A stretch of DNA of 64,000 nt, taken from NCBI RefSeq assembly GCF_036321535.1, contig NC_087440.1:43772001-43836000 (forward strand), written 5' to 3'. The translations under genes and the position numbers were made by a program. Below the pieces are notes generated by a model. The model made no database searches and was not told the DNA's origin. It saw nothing but the letters and a program-made list of their open reading frames with translations. Shown here piece by piece: positions 37,850 to 49,959 of the stretch (within the stretch, counting starts at the first letter, position 1; every line of letters begins with the position of its first letter). Origin of the DNA: Camelus dromedarius. Lineage: Eukaryota.

Positions 37850-39190
37850 AGACAAAATCTTCTTGCCCTCACATCCCCTCTTGCTCTTATCCCTTTTTTT
37901 GCTCCTTTCTCCAGCAAAACTTCTACATATCTTGCTTCACTCTCTCACTTTTAATTCACTCCTAAAACTACTCATCTGCTTCCAGTTCCGCTATCCCAGA
38001 GACACTGCTTTTGTCATGATCACCAGCCACCTCCCTGGTGCTACACTTGATGATCACTTTACTCTCATTTTGCTCCACTTCTCAAAAACCATTGACTCAG
38101 CTGACCCCTCCTTCCTTTCTCAAACACTCTTCTGGTTCTCCTTTTTCCTTATTGGCTTCTTTTTAGTCTTTCTCTACTCTAGGTATTGAAATTCTTCAGG
38201 ACTAAGTCTTGAGCTATCCTGTTCCTCTCTGTAAGCTTTCTCTCTAGATTATCTTACTCATTTTTGTGATCTTAAATACCATCCATATGTTGATAACTCC
38301 CATATTTTACATCTTCAGGCCAGTCCTTTCCTCTGAGCTCCAGATCTGCTTACCATCCATATGTTGATAACTCCCATATTTTACATCTTCAGGCCAGTCC
38401 TTTCCTCTGAGCTCCAGATCTGCACACACAATTGCCTGTTTGAAACCTTCTCCTGGGTGTCTCTTCTCATTTGCCATCCAGAGTCACTCCAACTAGAGAC
38501 ACAGGAGTTATCCTTTACTTTCCATCTTCCTTCACCATCCATGTCCACTATCAGAAACATGTCTGTACTTTCTCCAATCATAGCTTCCCATGCTTCTCAG
38601 TCTCTACTGCTGCCATGTTTAGATAAGTCTCCATCACTTCTTATTTCAAGAGCTTCCTTAGTTATCTTTATGTTTCCACCCTTGCCCTACCCTCATCCAT
38701 TCTCCACAAGGCCACCAGAGTGCTATTTTAAATAACAAATTGATTATGCATCTTTCCTGCTTACAATTCTTACATAGATTCCTACTACACACAGAATAAA
38801 ATGCAAACTCCATTCTATGGTCTGGGATTGTCTGCTTCTTCAGTTCCAGTTTCTGCCACTTTAACTTCTTTTCTGCTAATGTTCTGGATGCACTGACCTG
38901 GAGCACCTAGAAAAGACCGAATTCTTTTTTTAACTCAAGGTCTTAAGTTCTTCTCCCTGATTGTTTGCATGCTTACTTCTTTTTCATCCTTCAGGGCTTA
39001 TCTTAAAAATCATCTCCCTAATCAATGTGCATTCACTTTCTGCTATTTTAGATCTTATTTACCTGTTCATTTGTTCATCGTCTGACTTACTAGAATTTAG
39101 GCTTCATGAGGACAGGGATCTGGTCTCTCTTCCTTGCCAGGAAGCTGATAGGCATTCAGCACACATTTGATGAATGCATTAACAAGTTAT
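37850..39190 (+). mobile_element. L2 LINE fragment, about 1.3 kb, reaching the 3' end
   Basis: ctctgagctccagatc; gaataaaatgcaaactcc; aggcttcatgaggacagggatc...catttgatgaatg. Confidence 0.8.
38277..38423. repeat. Perfect tandem duplication, 2 x 73 bp with 1-nt spacer
   Basis: 38277-38349 is identical to 38351-38423. Confidence 0.95.
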
Positions 39191-40927
39191 TATACTAAGT
39201 AATCATGAGATTATAGAGGAGGGTCCAACATAATAGACATGTATACATTTGCTTTCTCTGTACTTCTTGGCTTTAGAAAGAAGTAAATGACTAAATAGGG
39301 AGATATTACTGTATTGGTGTCTAATATTTGAAGACATAATATGGAAAATAGGATTAGATGTGGGCTTGGCATCCAGAAAACAAAACTGAGAGTATGGGTG
39401 GAAGTTAAACTGGGAACAAATAGCAGAATGTCAGGTGCTTGGGAGGTGTGGAGCTGTGCCTCACTGAGGATGTTCAGCGGGAGAGCCAGAGGACACCCTG
39501 TCTGGCAAGTGATGATGGGATTTCTTGCATGATATTGGAACTTGATCCAGGGACTTTGGAGGGCCCTTCTCTCTCTGAGATGCTGGGATTTTGTGATTAC
39601 GGAGGAGTTTTTACCGTATCTCCTAGCATTAGTCTGTGATTCTATGGGTTGCTCTTTTTCAAGTCACACCTTATTGTCCACTTAAAACCTCACTGTTCTC
39701 TCAGGAGTAATGCAGAAACTGAAGAAGCTATTTTGCTTCTGCTTCTATTTTGTTTGTGAAAGGAATGTTAAATAATAAAAGAAGAATTAGATAGAAAATA
39801 TCTTCTTGATGTCTTAATCTTTTAACAAACATATGTTAAAAAAAAACAAAACCCAAATCTGTGTGCTGTAGGCATTGCTTTCAAAGCCTTTTCTTTCATA
39901 AAACAGGATCAATAAGAACAACCTTCATTTATTCAATATCCTTGTAAATTACCATCATGACTGGAGTTGGGATAGGGGGTCAGTTCCAAGACAAATCTGC
40001 ATATTACATTTTGAACTTTATTTTTTAACAACGTCATAAACCTCCCATCATATCCCTTAATATTTCCTATGGAATTTCTAATTTATCTTCAGTCATAAGC
40101 CAATGTGTTTGATGTGAGAAATATAGAGAAATAATGGCTTAGCATTCACTAAACATTAATTGACTGGCTTCTGGAAATCATAAAACTTGGTTGGCTAGGT
40201 CTTATTGAGCACAGCTTTAGGAGAGGTTCAAAGTCCATATTCAACTGGAGAAAAGTCACATCTCCAAGGGTTATTAATGTTTTCTCATCAACAACAATTC
40301 ACATAAAATTTTTCATTATGTCATGTGACAGTATGTGACTCTGCAAAGACAAATACAAGAAAACCATCTGGCATTTGAAAACTGTGATTTCTTGTTGAAG
40401 GCTTTTTCAGAAGGTATGGTATATATAGTATCTTTTCTTTCAAATAAAAAGAATTGCACGTTAATTTGGATGTTATGGATGTGATTTGTCCATACTTTTA
40501 ATGTTACTCTGGCCATTTTTTTACCTGATCACATCTAGACACTATCAAAAACCCAGTGCCTTTATGATTTTCTTTACGTACCATTTCTAGTTTCACTTCT
40601 TACTTTCTCTTTTCTTTCTTTATTTCCCAAGAACAGTGAATCAATACATGTTTATTGACATTCGCCATGTGAAGAACATTGTATAATATCCTCCACTTTA
40701 CTTCTTTACCCTGAATAACTTGGCCTTAGTCCTGTAGTCTGCCTTTCCTTTGTTACTGTATCTATTGCAGGTAGAAGTTGGTTTTGTTGATTTTCATAAA
40801 TTATTTTGTTTTTGCCTTCCTTCTACTGTTTCCTAAACTTCTCATCTTCATCTTTACTCTACTGTGGCATTGTAAGTTTACCTCCCTTTGGGAGATCCTT
40901 TCCATCATAGTATTTACTGTGAAGCAC

Positions 40928-41343
40928 TGTATGACTTCTATTGCTGCTCTAAAAAATTACCATAAATTTAGTAGCACAAAGCAACATGAATCTATTACCT
41001 TTTAGTTCTGGAGGTCAGCAGTCTGAAATGATTCCCAGTGAGCAAAACTCAAGATGTTGGCATGGCTGCATTCTTCCTGGAGGTTCTTGGGGAGAATTCA
41101 CTTTGTTGACTTTTCCAGCTTATAGAAGCCATCGACATTCCTTGGCTCCTGGTTCTTTTCCTCCTGTCTTCAAAGCCAGCAGCTATGGTCAAGTCTTTGT
41201 GATATCAAATCACTCCAAAATAACTCCTCTTCTGCCTTCTGCAACCTTAATTCCCCTTTGCTGTACAACAGGCAGCATCTTCACAGGTTCTGGGGATGAG
41301 GCTGTGGATATGTTGGGGGGGGGCTATTATTATGCCTACCATC
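40928..41343 (-). mobile_element. MaLR solo LTR, MLT1C/D-like
   Basis: ctattgctgctctaaaaaattaccataaatttagt...acaggttctggggatgaggctgtggatatgttggggggggctatt. Confidence 0.85.
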
Positions 41344-43814
41344 AACCTACCTCTTTTTCTTTTCATGTTTGCAACCTCTCCTGCAACCAAGCCACTCTCC
41401 ATTCAATAGGAGAATAGGCTCTCCTGTTCTTGGTTGCTTCTGTGGTTTTCACATTTGTCTCCAGCTGCCATTTGGACTCTGCTGAGTCTGAATGATTATG
41501 TAAAATATATTTGTGTCTTGGCTTTTTTATTTAAAACACATTTAAACCACAATTAAATTGTTTTGATATCTAGGTAACTTAGGAAAAAATAGGTAAAGAT
41601 TGCTGACTACCTTGTTCTCCTTTTATTTAAATTATTTATATTGGTTCTCTTTTCTTCCTTTTTCCTTTTCAAAATATCTATTTTTATGCCACTGGAGACA
41701 TAAAAGAGCAATATAAAAACCAGAGCTACTCTAAGAAAACATTTTACTTATTAATTATTTTATCTTTATTTGCCACTTTTTTTCTTTGCCATTTTTGTGA
41801 TTTACTATGAGTTGTACAAATGATTCATACTTGCTCCGTTCTCATTTTAGTTTTGGTATGAACCTATAAATTGTGCTTCTGCCAGAGTCTTTTTTGTGCC
41901 TTAAAGTATGTTTATCTTTTTTTTTTTCTGTTATATATAAACTAAGTGTTTGATTCTAGCAACATGTTTTTGAGAAAAAGCTTTTAGTCTGAAAGAATAC
42001 TAATGATCTTCAGTAATTAAGACTATATATAGTTGCCAGGTTCTCTAATTCCCAGCATGTAAGGCATTTCTGTAGGTGATAAACTTATTACTTATATGCA
42101 ATTTAGGGTTTACCTCATTTCTCTCAGACACAAGGAGACAAGTGACACAGACCTAACCACATCCATATCTTGATATTTGGGATGTTGTTCTTTCTTGACA
42201 TTAAGAAGAGCATTTCCGTTTATGATTTCTCTGAAATAAATGAGAAGATCAAATCTCCACAGAATTTTGAACCTTCATCAGGAACCAGAGTCTTGGGAGT
42301 TCTCAGAAAGGAACTAATTTTCTTACAATTCAAATTTACTTTTCACCAGAGGAAAGATATTCATGTGTTTCTGGACTATTTCAATTCATCCAACTCTACC
42401 TGTTGTGAATAAAGAGGTTCTTCATACAATCAATGAAGTCAAGCAAAACACTACACTTTCTGAGTTCAGTACAAATTATTTCCCATTAAAAGGGATCCCT
42501 GTCATTGGAAAATAGCTTCTCTATTCACAACAACGAGGAGAAAATGACATCCGGCTTTTTTCAATTATATGCCTATGTTCGCTTTAAGGCCCATCATATT
42601 TGCATCGCTGACTCTTCAGGCTGACCTCTTGAATTAGGGTCAGATCAAGGAAATGAATGAATATGTACAAATTATGAGACTAAACTGAGACAGCTAATCA
42701 GGTCATTTTTCTGTTCTCTGTGCACAAGCACAAGCTTAGGACTTTTCATAAATCACATTGGAATATTTGTCTTTTTATTCATGGCTTTTTAACTTGTTAC
42801 GAGTAGACTGTATGACCCTAATAGAAAAATGGGAAATAATTTGTGCAATATAACTTCTGGGTGAAAATATTGTCCAGAGATCAGTATAAAGAAAGGAAAG
42901 AGTTTGATACAATGGACACTGAGAACTTTGCCTAGAAGTGCCAAAAAGACATCATTAGTTGGTAATTTGCAGCTGGTTCATTTGCCAAACATTGTAGGGT
43001 CCAGAGGAAAATGTGAGCAACAGAATCTCCAGGTTTAGTTTCTGATACTCTTATGGCAGGCCAACAAGGGCTGGAAGGTTCAGACATTTATCTTGAAATA
43101 ATGAGAGAAGTTTTTCCTTTCTGAATTAGTTAGAGAGTAGGTACTAAAACTGCCCCAAGGCATGGACTGTGAATCCAAGTGTATCCACACCAAGCCATCT
43201 TTCATTTAATTCTCTTTAATAAATCATCTCCGTAACTGGAGCTAGGGGTATGAAAGTTCATGCCTCTGGCACAGCTGAAAAGGAGAAAAAGATCAGGAGC
43301 ATGGAAGTTTTCAGAAATGTAATTTTATTTTCAACTTGGGTTTTCTGACATAGAGGGAAAAAAAATGCTATTTAAAAAATATTCCTACTCAGGTAAAAGC
43401 AGCAGATTCTAGGTGGTTTAAAATAATGAAATTTGAAAAGTTGGAGATGGCCCAGCTTTTGTCCAGGATTCCGTGAGTTTCATGGAGCAAGTATTAGACT
43501 GAAGCTTCCTGAGGACAGGGCTAGGTGACCATTGATTGTTGAATGAATTAGTGAAAGAGTGAAAATTTCAGTTTCTCTTGCCTCCTTCAGATCCCGGGCA
43601 AGTTATTTAGATATGAATAAGGATATAGGTTTTGATACCATTGCTGGAGAAATCAGGCATGGCTTCTTTTTTTCCCCATGAAGCTTGTGGATTCTCCCTG
43701 GTCAACAATTTCATGGGAATTCGATGAAAACTTTACATGTGTTCACTAAACAGGTTTATACACCATTCATAAAAGTAACGTGATTTGTTTGCGGGGCAAA
43801 GATTTGGTAGTTTC

Positions 43815-44040
43815 ATGCGTTCATTCAGGAGGTAAACGTTGAATGTCTGTTATATGCCAGGCAGTTGCTGGTACCCTAGCCTTATACATCTGTCCCCCTG
43901 CTCCCACAGATAGAGACATGTAAGTAGTTTAAGATCAATATAGAATAAGTGCTCTAAGGGACTAGGAACGATACATCACAGAAGCATGTAAGATAAAAAT
44001 GAAACCCAGATTTGAGGAATGAGGAAACCCCTTCTAGAGG
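43815..44040 (-). mobile_element. L2 3' fragment
   Basis: ttcattcaggaggtaaacgttgaatgtctgttatatgccaggca. Confidence 0.6.
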
Positions 44041-45699
44041 AAAGAACATCTCAGGTGAAACCTTGATTTAAAATATCTGTTCTGTTTGAGTGAATGAGAC
44101 CAGAGTATGTTCCAACACAGATGAGAAAAAGAGCTTGTAGATGAAATACGAGGAGTGGGTTTCGGGTTGGGTAATTGAATTAAAAAAGATCCCTGAAGAG
44201 GCAAGAGAGGATAAAGCCCCCAAAACAGCTGTACTGGAGGGGAGGTGGGGCTGGATTTAGGCAAGACGAAACACGCTGACTGGCTGGCAGTGATGGTGAC
44301 AGGTAGAGGGTGTTGGAAGTTTGAGGAGCTCGAAAAATGTTTGCTAGGGTAGCTGTGGGAAATAGAAGAAAGCTGAAAAAACAAAGCAAAAAACCCCAAA
44401 ACTTAGGTAAATTGCCAAACAGCATGGAGGACCCAGTACAAGCTGAATGCCATGAAACTGTAGTGCCACCAATATGATAATGTGATTTTTTTCCTTCCAG
44501 CAATGCCCAAGTCCTGAGCTAGGACAAGGAGATAGTGGACGTTGTGGGTGTTTTCTAGCTGGATGTGAGTGAAATGCAACAGGATAAGGTAAATGGGACA
44601 TTTATAAGCAAATACCTAAGTGATGGACTAGGCACTTGTATCCAAACTTTTTTGCTCTCTTGTTCTCAAAAGAATTTTGAAAAACTGATTCCTCTCACAC
44701 AGTTTAAAGTTGAAATCTAAAAAAAAAAATGCTAACGCAACTTTAAATATCATAAAATTAAATAGTTGCAAAAGTTGCTTTTTATGGTTTATTTTATGTA
44801 ATATACAAACATTAAATGCATTTTTATCCGAATCTTAGAGCTCATTTAATTTATAGAGCATGTCCTTCAGGTAATCAGGCATCATTGTTAAACTAATCAG
44901 CCAAATCAGAGTTACTTTTCATCAGAAAAGGTATGATTTTATTTAAAAATTCATAGTCTTGAATCTAACACTTTTTTCACCTCTGTATTCTGAGGTAGGT
45001 TAAATGATTGACAGAGGAACGACTGATTGATAGGTAGATGGGTGGGTGGATACATGGATAAAACAAGGCGTGGACGAATAGATAGATACTTGTCTTGAAT
45101 CTGTCTCCTGGATGAAATAAGGTGAATATTTCTTTCTAAAGCTTTTGAGCTTTACTTTCAAAAGACTTTCCCTCATGAAAATGGCAGTCTAGATATGTTC
45201 CTATTTTTGATGCCCTGAAGATTTTTGCACCCTGGAACAATGCACCAAAATACCACTTAAGATAAGGGAGAGTATGTCTTTTTTAAGGTGGAGAAGGGCA
45301 ATGTGAAAGATGAGAAAGGAAGGAATAATAGTCAAGCATTAGAATTGGAGGGCAGGTCAGCTTTTAGAATGAGTTTTTGGAAATTTAGATCTGGAAATTT
45401 TTACCGTAAGCCTATTTCTACTCTGGAAAGTCTTTGTGCCCATATTTCAGTTTGAAGACCATCGGACTATTGCGTCAAAGCTGGGTGGGGCCGGAGTGTG
45501 AAGGTGGGAGGGTGTAAGGAAGCACAGGGGACAAGGAGCTTGCGATCTCCATCTCCTCACTTCAAAACCTATCATTGTAATGCCTTATGTTCAGTACTTT
45601 TTGTTTGTTTGCTCTGGCATTCAGAGACTCTGTGCTGGTTTTTATTGAAAACGGAAATGTTAGGGCACATTTAGCGCTTGTGCTTCTATCTGGCACAGT

Positions 45700-45990
45700 G
45701 TAAAGGGACTGGGCTTTGGAGCCAAACACCCCTGGATTTGAATCCTTGCTCTACCACTTATCCACTGTGGCCGCAGGCAAGCCAGTTCTCCTTTCTATGC
45801 ATCAGTTTCCTAATTTGTAAAATCAGAATGACAGTATCTACCTGTGGGTTACCAGAGTCAGAGACAACTGGTTCTTCTTATTCTCTCTGAGTCTCTTTTA
45901 TCCAACAAATATTTACTGAATGCCTACTAAGTACCAAGCACTGTTTAAAGAAATGAGTGCAAAATGCCTCACACTGCATTTGGAACATGA
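45700..45990. mobile_element. MIR (+) followed by L2 tail (-)
   Basis: gggctttggagccaaacacccctggatttgaatccttgctctaccactta; caacaaatatttactgaatgcctactaagtaccaagcactg. Confidence 0.75.
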
Positions 45991-46443
45991 GAATAAACCA
46001 ATCAACGGCAACTGAGAGAGATGTGTTCGAGGGTGGGAGGCCTGTTTATTCTTCTCTGATACAAGGATGGTAATTATTGGGTCAAAGTGAAGGAGAATTG
46101 CAAAATATCAGCATTTATTTTTTTTCCTGAAGCTCATAAGGTGCCCAGGCCTAAGCTTACTTTTTCCCCTCTCACTTCTATCAAAATATAATTTTCTGTG
46201 AGATAAAAACATGCAAATATGAGAAAATACTTCTCAGAGATCTTATCCAACTCATTATTTAATAAGTGAACCAATGTGAGGATGATACTGCTTCCAAGAG
46301 CATTTGTGCAACAAGGATGTGTGTAGTCCATCAGGGAAGATATTGAGAAGTAAAAGATTGTTGGAATAAGATAGCTTGGTTAGATATAAAATTATTTAGT
46401 GGCCCACGGGGCAACAAAATGTTAACCTGTAGGATTATCTTTT

Positions 46444-46755
46444 TGCTATGGGCTGAATGTTTGTATCTCCCCCCACCCTCCCAAATTCATATATTGAAAT
46501 CCTAATGCCCAATGTGATATGATTAGGAAATGGGGCTTTGGGGGTCACTTAGGTTGTAAGGGTGAAGTCCTTTTAAATGGGATTAGTGCTTTTATAAATG
46601 AGGTCTCGGAGATCTCCCTAGTCGTTCCACCTCGTGGGTCACAGCCAGAAGACAGCCAACTATGAAATGGGAAGTGAGCTCTCACCAGACACTGAATCTG
46701 CCAGCGCTTTGATCTTGGACTTCCCAACCTTCAGAACTTCGAGAACTGTGAGTAA
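46444..46755 (+). mobile_element. MaLR LTR, MLT1A-like, 3' end missing
   Basis: tgctatgggctgaatgtttgt...aatgggattagtgcttttataa...ctcaccagacactgaatctgccagcgctttgatcttggacttccc. Confidence 0.85.
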
Positions 46756-48698
46756 TGACACATTCTGAGGCTTTCTAAAATGCGTAGCTGTATGTGAATC
46801 ATCATACACTCAATTAGACTCCTAAACTTAGACAGTCTTTGGGTAATGCCAAGGTTCCAAAAGTAATACAGTATATAGGTTAAGAGAGACAAAGACGTTT
46901 TCACTAAGAGAAAAATTAGGAAAAGCAAAAAAAAAAAAAAAAAAAGAAAGAAAAAGAGAAAGAAAAAAAGCTTATCTTGACACTTTGACACTTTTGGGGC
47001 AGTCCTGTTAATCTCAGAGACTACTTCCCTGTAACTGATTACATGTGTTGTGCCTTCCCTAATGTGTAATAGGGACTAGCAGTCAACACACAAATGTCGT
47101 CAATTTTGTGACATATTTGCTCAGAAATAGCTGCACTTATTATCTCAACAACCTTGTAGTTGGAACAGACACATTATGCCTCTCATTTTAAGAATAAAAA
47201 CTGTGAATTCGGAAGTGGTTCAGCAACAGGGCCAAGACTGTAAATCAATGCTGCTGTCTTGGCTCTAATCTGTTTGACCTGACAGGCTGGAGATGGTTGT
47301 AAAAGCAGTCCCCAGTTTTCAGGTGAGTTATGTTCCTGAGGATCATTTGTAGGTCAGTTGTTTTGAACTCCACACATTCTCCCGTAGTAAGAGCATGATG
47401 AATAAAGGTTATACCTCCAGCCCAGCCTGCCAAAGCCTTTAACCTATGATGCGTCCGTACTTCAGTGATACAGAATCTTTCACCATCAATTCCTACTGGA
47501 GAGTTAGCTCAGGGCTCTGATTTGGAATGCAGGGAACATATTTTCCTGTGCCCCACCTCCTTCCACTTCAGCATCAGTGCTAAGAGTGGAGAACTTTTCC
47601 ACCTTCAGAAACAGACTTGTAGCTTGGGTGGTGGCTGGGTGGAGAGAGGCTCTCCCCAGGGGGGTCCAGGGCATCTGATGCAGAAACACTGGGCAGAAAC
47701 ACAGGACAGAGACTGGGACTTTGTGGGGTGTGAATTTGAGGAGAGGATGTTGAAGGACTGGGTTGAAGCCTGTGTTGACAAAGGCAGACAGTTGTTAAAG
47801 TGGTGGACCTTTGGCATTGGGAGGACAGTCCCCACCATGCAAGGTGTGTTACAGCTCCTTAAATGAGAATGGCAGAACAGATCTGCAGGTACAGTGGTAA
47901 GAAAGAACAAAGTTGCGTTTTGCTTCCTCCCTATGGAGTTCAGCTGATTCAATATACTGGTTGCATGTGCTCAAATCTCTTTGTTGATTTTATAAAATGT
48001 ACTGTCACTGAAATGGAAAGTTAAATACTATTGAAAGGTACAAAGAAAAATGTAAAAATCACACGAATCCCTTTCATCCAGAGATAAGCATTACTAGTGT
48101 AAAAGTTTGAATCAGAATTGCGGAATCTATTTCAGAAACAACTTTACAAACCATTCCAGAAACTTCTTACGCAAGGGGGCCTGGGGCCTAACCCTCGATG
48201 ACTAATAATTTTAATATTCCTTTCCTGTCATTTTCCCAGACTAGCTAATGTTACAGACTATCTCCAGTCTTCACTTTAGTATCTGATACATGGGATCATG
48301 TAATTTCTTTCCTGGCCTTTTTATTGTTTTGTCGCCTTTTCTTAATTGACATTTAAGAACTATGGAACAAGGGAGGAAGATTCAATGTCAAAAAGTCTGA
48401 GCTAAATTTGCAAAATACTGAACAGTGAATGAGGGCATTTGCTTGCTTATTCATGTGCTTGCCAACAGTGGGATTTGCCAGTATTGTTTTCTATACTGGC
48501 TTATCTGACGAGGGGAAAATGTTTCTCATTGTTATTTCTAATTGAATTTCCATTTAAGGTTGAATAATTTTTTCCAGGACACGTGCCCAGGTGAGAGGTA
48601 TGAACAAGAGTTGAGATTTGAAGCTAGGGATGTGCATGTAGCCGTGGGTGTTCTAGGCACTGATGGGGCTCAGTTCATGATGAGCATCACTGGCGAGG

Positions 48699-48760
48699 GT
48701 GTGTGTACATGTGTGTATGTGTGTGTACGTGTGTGTATGTGTGCGTATGTGCATGCACAT
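48699..48760. repeat. Imperfect (TG)n microsatellite
   Basis: gtgtgtgtacatgtgtgtatgtgtgtgtacgtgtgtgtatgtgtgcgtatgtgcatgcacat. Confidence 0.85.
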
Positions 48761-48959
48761 TGTAGTGGAGGGAGTTTCTACTTAATCAGCATGATTATAG
48801 AGTTCCTGAAGCAGTAGTGAAGCACATGTAGTGGCTGGATGTCTGGGGTTGTACCTGTGGGTCTTTCTACTCCCCACATCCAATAGGGAAAAATCCCCGG
48901 GAGGGTGGATGGGTAGGAATTTTATTGAAAACAAAAAAACTACCCTTTTCTAACTACTA

Positions 48960-49120
48960 ACTGTGAATCTGTACTTAACTAGTTTACTTATCTGTCAACT
49001 GGGGATAATAAGAGTGCTTGTCTTATTGGGCTTTAGTGAAGATTGAGATAATATATATGAAATCATTAGCCCAGTGCCTAGAACACGGCAATCTCTCAAT
49101 AAACATTAACTGTTGTTATT
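48960..49120 (+). mobile_element. MIR
   Basis: ctggggataataagagtgc...agtgcctagaacacggcaatctctcaataaacattaact. Confidence 0.75.
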
Positions 49121-49959
49121 AATTTTTTGTGTGTAAAATAAGGGAGTGAACTAGGTCATCTCTAAGGCACCTTCCAGAGCTACAAATCCAGATTTATATA
49201 CTGAACATGTACAGCTTTCCTTATTTGATCCATAATTTAAAGAAAAATTGAGGACGTAGTAGCTTTAAAATGAGCAAACATGAGCTCGATAATCACTCTC
49301 AATTGAAGCTGTATCACCGGGAAAACGAATCAAGTGAGACAGTAATATATGTAACACAACCTGTAAGCAGGGCTCTTACACAAAGACACGATCCAGCCTC
49401 CAGAACGGAGCTGACAACATTTAAGGCCGCCTGTTTAGCTAAGTTTACACTTTTACTGAGGAATCTGGAAAAATAACTCGAAACCTTGGAAATAAATTCT
49501 ATAGAACACAAAGAACAATTAGCAGTTATCATTCTTTTTAGCCTCTACTGAAAACCAGCAACTCCTGTGTAGAAGTCAACTGTAAATATTTGCAGTAATG
49601 TTGAAAAAAATTGAAACATAACAAGCTTATCAGAGTTAGAGCTGTTGACCTGTCAATATTTAGCTCTTCCAAACCAAGTCTTTGTAAGCTCAGCTCAGTA
49701 TATTCAAATATTGAGCATAGTGATTTTTTTTTTTTTTTTTTTTTTACTTTAGGGGAATTTCAAAGTCCAGAGTTTTATATTTGACTCTGGGAAACAGAAT
49801 CCCTGGTTTTAAAGCAACTTCCTGACAAACTTGGAATCTAGAATCCTAGTGTTTAAAGGGGCTTAGGTATCTGATCTTTCCTATAATATTCTTAATGATG
49901 ACTTGATTTCTGATTAAATCCTACTTAGAGTTATGGTAAATGTCGCAAGTGCTTATCAA

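Noticed and set aside
47465-47952. Overlapping 133-aa (+) and 115-aa (-) ORFs
   Set aside because: No recognisable homology; expected by chance in a locally GC-richer stretch.
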